Positions 26,635-32,000 of a DNA stretch of 32,000 bases are shown piece after piece (position 1 is the first letter of the stretch; the number at the start of each line of letters is the position of its first letter). The stretch is from NCBI GenBank assembly GCA_965227275.1, contig CBDDFU010000001.1, positions 2,529,896 through 2,561,895 of the forward strand, in the 5' to 3' direction. The notes under the pieces were generated by a model. That model searched no databases and had not been told where the DNA came from. It saw nothing but the letters and a program-made list of their open reading frames with translations. This DNA is from Pirellulales bacterium (GTDB lineage Bacteria > Planctomycetota > Planctomycetia > Pirellulales > JAEUIK01). Both the position numbers and the translations under genes were made by a program.

Positions 26635-28563
26635 TCATGGAGCGGCGGCCGGATTCAATTTTTTTGCCTTTTCAAGAAAGAACGCCAACTGCCGGCTCAT
26701 TTGGCCTGTGTGGGGCTCATGTTGTACGGCCCGCGTTTGAATCTCGATGGCTTTTTCGAGGTTTCCCTGGGCGTAATAACACCGCGCGAGGGTGTCCATG
26801 CGACCGGGATGATCGGGGCCCAATTCCAGCGAGCGGAGCGAGGCTCGCAGGGCTTCGTCTTGATCGCCCTCGGTGTTGGCCACCAGCCACGCCAACTGGT
26901 TGTACGGTGTTGGGCTTTCAGGGTCTTGTGCGATCTGGCCGCGGAACAAGTCGCAGGCATCGTTGATATCTTCCAGCAGCTTTGCCCGTTGCTTTTCGTC
27001 GAGGTTGGGTAACTCGTACAGGGCGATCAGTACGTCGGCATCGGTGTCATCGTACTCCAACGCCCGGAGTAGATGCTCTCTCGCTTCTTCAAGTTTGCCT
27101 TCTTTGGTGAGATGCAAGCCGTAGAACAGATCGCGACGGGCCTGCGTGGGGCGAGGGTTCAAGAGACGATTCTGTGGTTGGCCATTCAGTTTGGCCATCG
27201 CTTCGAGCATCTCGTTGGTGCGATCCATCATGACCGAGGCGGCCAGCTCGTCTCCACGATCGTGCAGTAATTCGGCCAGCCACCGCTGCGAGACGATCAC
27301 GTAGTTGATGTACTGTTGGTTCCGAGGTTCGTGATCGATGATGGTGTGATACTCACCTTCGGCCCAATCGACCCATCCTTGCTCCTGCAGGGTGCCAGCC
27401 ACATCGTAGTGGGCTTTGTAGTTCTCTGGACTCTTCGATCTTGCTTGCTTGGCCAGTTCTTCGGCACGCTCGGTTTGTCCTTGTTTGCGCCTGGCATAGG
27501 CAATGGTATAAGCCAGAAGCGGGTTGTCCTGGACAATCGTCGCGAACCGCGTTTCGAGTTCGTCGAGAGCAGACCACGACTCGTTCCGCACCAGCCACAT
27601 GATTAACTCGGTTAGCGATTGTGGATCAGAACCGACAAAATCGAGAATGCGGAACATTGCCTCGTCGGCCGCATCGTCTTGTTCCTGCGTTCGCAGCCAG
27701 GTGGCTTGTTGCAGCAATATCCGAGATATGATGGTCGCCGCCGACTGCTGAGGGGTGCGGGCTAGAACTTTGGCTTCGGATTCGACCAACTCACTCCACG
27801 TTTCGCTGGAGGCCGCCTCGTCGGAGCGGAGTTTTGTGTATGCTCGCAACCACTGTCCCGCGGGGCGAGGGCTGGCCGCGATGGAAGCTTCAATCACTTC
27901 TTTACGGCGATTCCATTGTTCCTCGTCGATCACCTCCAGCGAACTAAGCGGAGGAGGATCCAACAGGGACAATGCCCAAGCGGCTGTCTCGTCGGCCGGT
28001 TGCCCGCTGAGAAAACGTTTCCATGCTTCACGGCCCGAATGTTGTTCGATAACTAGCAGCGCGGCCCATTTCGAAAGTATTTCGTTGCGTTGAAAACGTG
28101 CGAGGCGACAGAGTGCTTCCAGACCTTGGTCATCCGGTAGGTTGGCCAATTCGCGCATTTTAGTCAGCCGAGCCGGTACATCGAGTTGGTCATACTCGGC
28201 AAGCAGCTTGCTAACCTCCGGCGGGTCTTGCTCATTGATCCACTGGACCTCAAGCAAGCGCAACAAGTATCGCGCGCGGGACGCGACTTCGATGTCCTCG
28301 TGATGTTCCGCGACGGAGAGGGCGTCGAACGCCTCGAACCCCATCGCGGCAAGTTCCTGCTGGGCCCGTTCGCGAACGAAGAAGCTATCGTCGCCTAGCT
28401 TCTCGACCAGTTCCGTTACCTGGGCGGGCACCAGAGGAGTCGCATCCTCAGCGTTCTCGTCCACGGCCCACGCCGGGGCCGGTTGAAGAGTCAGCGTCAG
28501 GCATGCGATGAACGCCAGAAAGAACACGGCCTGCCAACGGCGATGGGTTGAGAGCCGTTTCAT
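26635..28563 (-). CDS. Secreted TPR/HEAT-like repeat protein
   Basis: Signal peptide MKRLSTHRRWQAVFFLAFIACLTLTLQPAPAWA. Repeated helical TPR-like units in the C-terminal half (YHTIIDHEPRNQQY, ALEYDDTDADVL, SLELGPDHPGRMDTLARCYYAQGNLEKAIEIQTRAV). Confidence 0.8.
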   Translation of the reverse strand: MKRLSTHRRWQAVFFLAFIACLTLTLQPAPAWAVDENAEDATPLVPAQVTELVEKLGDDSFFVRERAQQELAAMGFEAFDALSVAEHHEDIEVASRARYLLRLLEVQWINEQDPPEVSKLLAEYDQLDVPARLTKMRELANLPDDQGLEALCRLARFQRNEILSKWAALLVIEQHSGREAWKRFLSGQPADETAAWALSLLDPPPLSSLEVIDEEQWNRRKEVIEASIAASPRPAGQWLRAYTKLRSDEAASSETWSELVESEAKVLARTPQQSAATIISRILLQQATWLRTQEQDDAADEAMFRILDFVGSDPQSLTELIMWLVRNESWSALDELETRFATIVQDNPLLAYTIAYARRKQGQTERAEELAKQARSKSPENYKAHYDVAGTLQEQGWVDWAEGEYHTIIDHEPRNQQYINYVIVSQRWLAELLHDRGDELAASVMMDRTNEMLEAMAKLNGQPQNRLLNPRPTQARRDLFYGLHLTKEGKLEEAREHLLRALEYDDTDADVLIALYELPNLDEKQRAKLLEDINDACDLFRGQIAQDPESPTPYNQLAWLVANTEGDQDEALRASLRSLELGPDHPGRMDTLARCYYAQGNLEKAIEIQTRAVQHEPHTGQMSRQLAFFLEKAKKLNPAAAP

Positions 28564-28744
28564 GCGGATGACTCCAAAGGGCGAGAAGCTCTAGGGTCGA
28601 TACGTGGATCCGATCGCAACTAGCGGCGAGTCGAAAGTTTTAAGCGACCATTTCATTCTTGTAGCATAGTCGACAGCGAGAAAAAGGAGCAAGCTCGCTC
28701 GATGGGTGAAGCGGCAAATCTGGACCCACGGGTATACCCCAACT

Positions 28745-29365
28745 TTAATCGCCGTCTCCACTACCCAGAGCGAGCTGCGAGCTGATTGCTTCGTCGATTT
28801 CCTCGGGTTTTGGAGAAGGCGCCGTTGGATCGCCGAACACAAACTTTCTTACTAGCTTTCCACTCTGGTCGAACAGTTGGTAGTGCGGTACGGCAATCTC
28901 AATGCCGAAGTCGTCGAAGAGTTCGTCGCCCCCGGTGAGGATGAACGCCTTCAGGTCGCCACCTTGCGAGCTGAGAAATTCAGCCACGGCCTGTTGATTG
29001 GCCTCGCCGGGCTCGTCCACGCTGGCAGCTACCACGACGAGTCCGTCATCGCCGTATTTTTTCTGCAACTCCACCGTGTGCGGGAACATCTCTTTGCAGT
29101 TACCACACCAGGTAGCCCAATAGTCAACGAACACGACCTTTCCCGCCTGCTCAGCAATGAATTGGTCGAACCCCGCCTTGTCGACATACAGCACATCTTC
29201 CGCCTGGACGCCGGTTTCTTCGGCTGAGCTCTCAACGCTGCTAACTTCTCCGTTCGGCTCCGCTGGCGACTCGGACGTTGGCGAGTCGCATCCACCTGCC
29301 ATCAGAAGCACAAAAGACAATCCAGCAACCAAGGTTGCGGAATGCGGCTGAACAAAACGCTTCAT
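28745..29365 (-). CDS. TlpA-like thiol-disulfide oxidoreductase (thioredoxin fold), probable lipoprotein
   Basis: ORF 28745..29458(-). Met at 29365 gives MKRFVQPHSATLVAGLSFVLLMAGGCDS. Active-site context VVFVDYWATWCGNCKEMFP. Confidence 0.8.
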   Translation of the reverse strand: MKRFVQPHSATLVAGLSFVLLMAGGCDSPTSESPAEPNGEVSSVESSAEETGVQAEDVLYVDKAGFDQFIAEQAGKVVFVDYWATWCGNCKEMFPHTVELQKKYGDDGLVVVAASVDEPGEANQQAVAEFLSSQGGDLKAFILTGGDELFDDFGIEIAVPHYQLFDQSGKLVRKFVFGDPTAPSPKPEEIDEAISSQLALGSGDGD

Positions 29366-29448
29366 GAGATCGAACTCCGACAAATGAAGATGAGCAATCA
29401 AGGCTGTGGGATTCGGTGCCCGTGAATCGAGTCTTTGCGTAATCGGCG

Positions 29449-29497
29449 ACAAAAACAAACAGCTCGCCGCCGACCGCCAGGGCCAACGACGAGCTGT
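29449..29497 (-). terminator. Rho-independent terminator after the thioredoxin-family gene
   Basis: On the minus strand, ACAGCTCG...CGAGCTGT forms an 8-bp stem (plus-strand coordinates 29459-29466 and 29490-29497). It is followed by TTGTTTTTGT (29449-29458), about 30 nt after the stop at 29527. Confidence 0.5.
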
Positions 29498-29526
29498 CTT
29501 TTAGAACCTAGTAGCGGGCAACGTAC

Positions 29527-30138
29527 TCATTCGTACTTAATACCGCAGCCCTTTTGCTTGGTCTCAGCAGTCTCGGGCAGTTCGCCGGCCAAAGCAGCGT
29601 CGATCGCCGCTTGCAGATATGCATTCTGCACTTCACCCTCGCTCAGTGGACTGTCGTCCATCGCGCCCATGTAGACCACTTTACGATTTTGATCGAGCAA
29701 GAAGAAGTGGGGTGTAACCGCAGCACCGAAGTTACGCGCTGATTCCTGGCTCTCGTCGTACAGGTAAGGGAAGTTGAATCCCTTTTGATCGGCTCGTTCC
29801 TTCATCTTGTCGAGCTTGTCGCCTTCAACGTTATTCACATTGATGGCGACGAGTTGCACACCTTGGTCTTTGTACTTCTCTTGAAGATCGATCATGCGAT
29901 CTTCGCAGGCGACCGCCACGGGGCAGCTATTGCAGGTGAATACCGCAACCACAAGTTTGGCGTCTTTGAAATCCGAAAGACTGTGCTGCTTGTCGTCGGT
30001 ACCGATCAACCCATTGAATTCCGGAGCTTTGTCCCCGATGTCGAGAACCTTGTTCCAACGCCCGGCCTGACTTGCTGATGTGAACAGCGTGATGACCGCC
30101 AGCGCGGCGATAAGCCGCAAACTTGCCTGCTTCAACAT
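29527..30138 (-). CDS. Secreted thioredoxin/redoxin-family protein
   Basis: Signal peptide MLKQASLRLIAALAVITLFTSASQA. Redox motif context KLVVAVFTCNSCPVAVA. GVQLVAINVNN and TPHFFLLD are typical of the fold. Confidence 0.8.
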   Translation of the reverse strand: MLKQASLRLIAALAVITLFTSASQAGRWNKVLDIGDKAPEFNGLIGTDDKQHSLSDFKDAKLVVAVFTCNSCPVAVACEDRMIDLQEKYKDQGVQLVAINVNNVEGDKLDKMKERADQKGFNFPYLYDESQESARNFGAAVTPHFFLLDQNRKVVYMGAMDDSPLSEGEVQNAYLQAAIDAALAGELPETAETKQKGCGIKYE

Positions 30139-30150
30139 TCGACTGGTCTC

Positions 30151-30182
30151 CTATTGTGTGAGACTACTATTGTGTGAGACTA
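30151..30182. repeat. Perfect 16-bp tandem duplication (CTATTGTGTGAGACTA x2)
   Basis: Read directly: 30151-30166 and 30167-30182 are identical. It abuts the GGAG (30147-30150) upstream of the minus-strand start at 30138. Confidence 0.9.
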
Positions 30183-30831
30183 CGCGGGGAAAAACCCATC
30201 AAGATCCGTCAACGTTCGTCAATTGGAATTCGTGCCTGAAATTCTGTATTTCAATGGTAAGTCTGCCCAGCCGGTGGTGTGGTGTCAACTGTTGAATGCG
30301 TGCATGCAACGGGCGATTTAACACCCAAATGGGGAGGATCGACTCCGTTTCGGTGTCGATTGGCAGGCGTGGTGGATAGTAGCTACATACCGCGATCTCT
30401 CAGTCTGAACTATACGCATCCAGCAGTCGGGCGGTTCGCGAATTCTTGGAATTTATTGTTTTCGATGGCCATTGGGATATCGAGATCGGCAAGACACTCT
30501 CGGATGCTCGGGTGAGCGGGGATCCCATCCAGCACCGGGGGCTTGCTTTTCGCACGGCCTCGAAACTAGGGCTGACGTGGCTTGTCGCTCGAACGGGTTC
30601 TCCAGGCAGCGTGTCGGCGGTTGCTGGCCATGAGAATCTTGTTCTGCAATACTGATTCATTCGGGAGATTTTCAGGATTTGCTGCCAGCTTTGATTGCAT
30701 TGGCCGTTTTTTCTTCATCGAATTCGTGTTGGATTGCAGCGAGGGGCCTCGTGATGCGTGAAATGAATCCGCGTATGAAATCAGGTCAATTCGAATATGA
30801 GATCAGGTCGTTTCGGTCTGATTTGCTTCAT

Positions 30832-32000
30832 ATGCCAGTCCGGTTCAATCACCTAAGCCGCGGTGTACTTGTGGTCATCGGTACGCTGCTCTTGGCTGGT
30901 TGTGGTGGCGGCGATTCCGCGGACACGGATGCTCCCGTCGGTCTGCAAACGGCGCCAGCTGCCCAACCCGCTGAACCAGCCGCAGACAAGTTGCAGGAAG
31001 AGCCGGCCGCCGAACCCGAGCCAAAGGAAGAGCCCGAGACGGAAGAGGCCATGGAAGAGCCGGCCGTCGAGCCCGAGCCGAAACCGGTTGAGCTGCCGCC
31101 AGAAAAGCGTAAACGGCCAGAGGATTTCGCGGAATGGACCATTGAAGAGTTTCGCGACGAGCATGCCCAGAATGGTCGGCGGTTCCAATCGGCCGTTAAG
31201 TACCTGGCCGAGAACAAATCAGACGATGCCGAAACGGCGCAACTATTGAGCGACTTGCTCGTTTATCGCGACCCTGAAGTGGAACCGCCGCCAGAGACCG
31301 ACGACGAGCGAGAGCTTAAGCGCTACGAACAACGAAAGCAGACGAAACTAGATCAAGCGAGGCAGTTTCAGTCTCGGCAAGCACCCAACATCATCAAGGC
31401 ACTGGGGAGTGTGGGGGGCGACGTTGCCATCAAAACCCTTGTCGAGTTGATCGCGGGCAACATCGACAGCGGCTCTGACTCGAGACGAGCCTGTGAAGCC
31501 GCCTTGGCATCGTTGATGTCCATCGAGAATGATCAAGTCCAGGAGTTCATATACACCGCAGTCACCGCACCGGCTGAACTTCGCCCCAACGACGATGGTT
31601 CGTTTACGCCCGATCAGCTTCAAGACCAGGTATTAAGAGCGTTACCCGAGCGGGCAACACCCACGTTACGGACAAGACTAGGCGAGTTTGCAGCTAAAGT
31701 CGGCCCAGACGATCGATCATTCCCACAGTTGTGGCGTCTGTTGTCGGAATCGCGAGCGGACAATCTTCAGGCCCAGTTGTTGCTCTATCTGAGCCCGAAA
31801 CTGGAAGCGCGAGAGTCGCAGCAACTACACAACCTGTTCACGCAGCATTCCCAAAGAGCACTAAGCCACCTGCTTGGCATACCTCAGAATGCTGCGGATA
31901 TCCAGGTTTCGCGGCGTTCATCCCGGGGTGGCTTTGGCGGAGGATCGTCTCGCAAGAAAGAGGTCGAGAATATCGACGAGCTGACCTATGAAACGGCACG
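30832..32000 (+). CDS. Hypothetical lipoprotein with Glu/Pro-rich linker and helical repeat region; partial, continues beyond the window
   Basis: Absent from the ORF track because it is open at the window edge. ATG at 30832 gives MPVRFNHLSRGVLVVIGTLLLAGCGGG, a perfect LAGC lipobox. An EPxEP-rich acidic segment and helical sequence follow, with no stop to 32000. In-frame alternative starts lie at 30751-30775. Confidence 0.65.
   Translation, partial: MPVRFNHLSRGVLVVIGTLLLAGCGGGDSADTDAPVGLQTAPAAQPAEPAADKLQEEPAAEPEPKEEPETEEAMEEPAVEPEPKPVELPPEKRKRPEDFAEWTIEEFRDEHAQNGRRFQSAVKYLAENKSDDAETAQLLSDLLVYRDPEVEPPPETDDERELKRYEQRKQTKLDQARQFQSRQAPNIIKALGSVGGDVAIKTLVELIAGNIDSGSDSRRACEAALASLMSIENDQVQEFIYTAVTAPAELRPNDDGSFTPDQLQDQVLRALPERATPTLRTRLGEFAAKVGPDDRSFPQLWRLLSESRADNLQAQLLLYLSPKLEARESQQLHNLFTQHSQRALSHLLGIPQNAADIQVSRRSSRGGFGGGSSRKKEVENIDELTYETA

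Noticed and set aside
30400-30660. 86-aa minus ORF and overlapping 69-aa plus ORF (30446..30655)
   Set aside because: They mutually overlap, have no ribosome-binding site, no motif and unconvincing composition. Left unannotated, but the region is flagged as a finding.

Overview
Gene-dense chromosomal window with about 27 protein-coding genes on both strands. I found no rRNA, tRNA, CRISPR array, transposase, integrase or phage genes by eye. The gene content suggests a Planctomycetota (Pirellulales-like) genome, which is inference only: PEP-CTERM sorting signals, several xylose-isomerase-like TIM-barrel and Gfo/Idh/MocA genes, a LysM-YkuD protein with a Pro-rich linker, and many signal-peptide or lipoprotein hypotheticals. 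Well-supported genes are pepF, pyrE, rarA, a split TPP decarboxylase pair, a PA0069/SplB-like radical SAM protein, an endonuclease-III-domain protein, two thioredoxin-fold proteins, a large TPR protein and two alpha/beta hydrolases. The observations most worth a second look are: (1) a roughly 2.3-copy, 239-240 bp tandem repeat filling a convergent intergenic gap (13410-13967), with conserved sequence blocks and hairpins, next to an orphan CoiA-like nuclease/wHTH gene; (2) one 764-aa ORF holding two complete modules, each ending in its own PEP-CTERM signal, so one sorting signal sits mid-protein; (3) a promoter-like element, a 190-nt leader and a perfect 19-bp terminator directly upstream of that gene; (4) a membrane-anchored MutS-domain-V ATPase followed by an NRDE/TANGO2-like gene; (5) a secreted legumain/caspase-fold protein with a canonical EF-hand loop. 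All functional calls rest on motif recognition in the translations. No HMM or BLAST search was possible, so family names are hypotheses to confirm.
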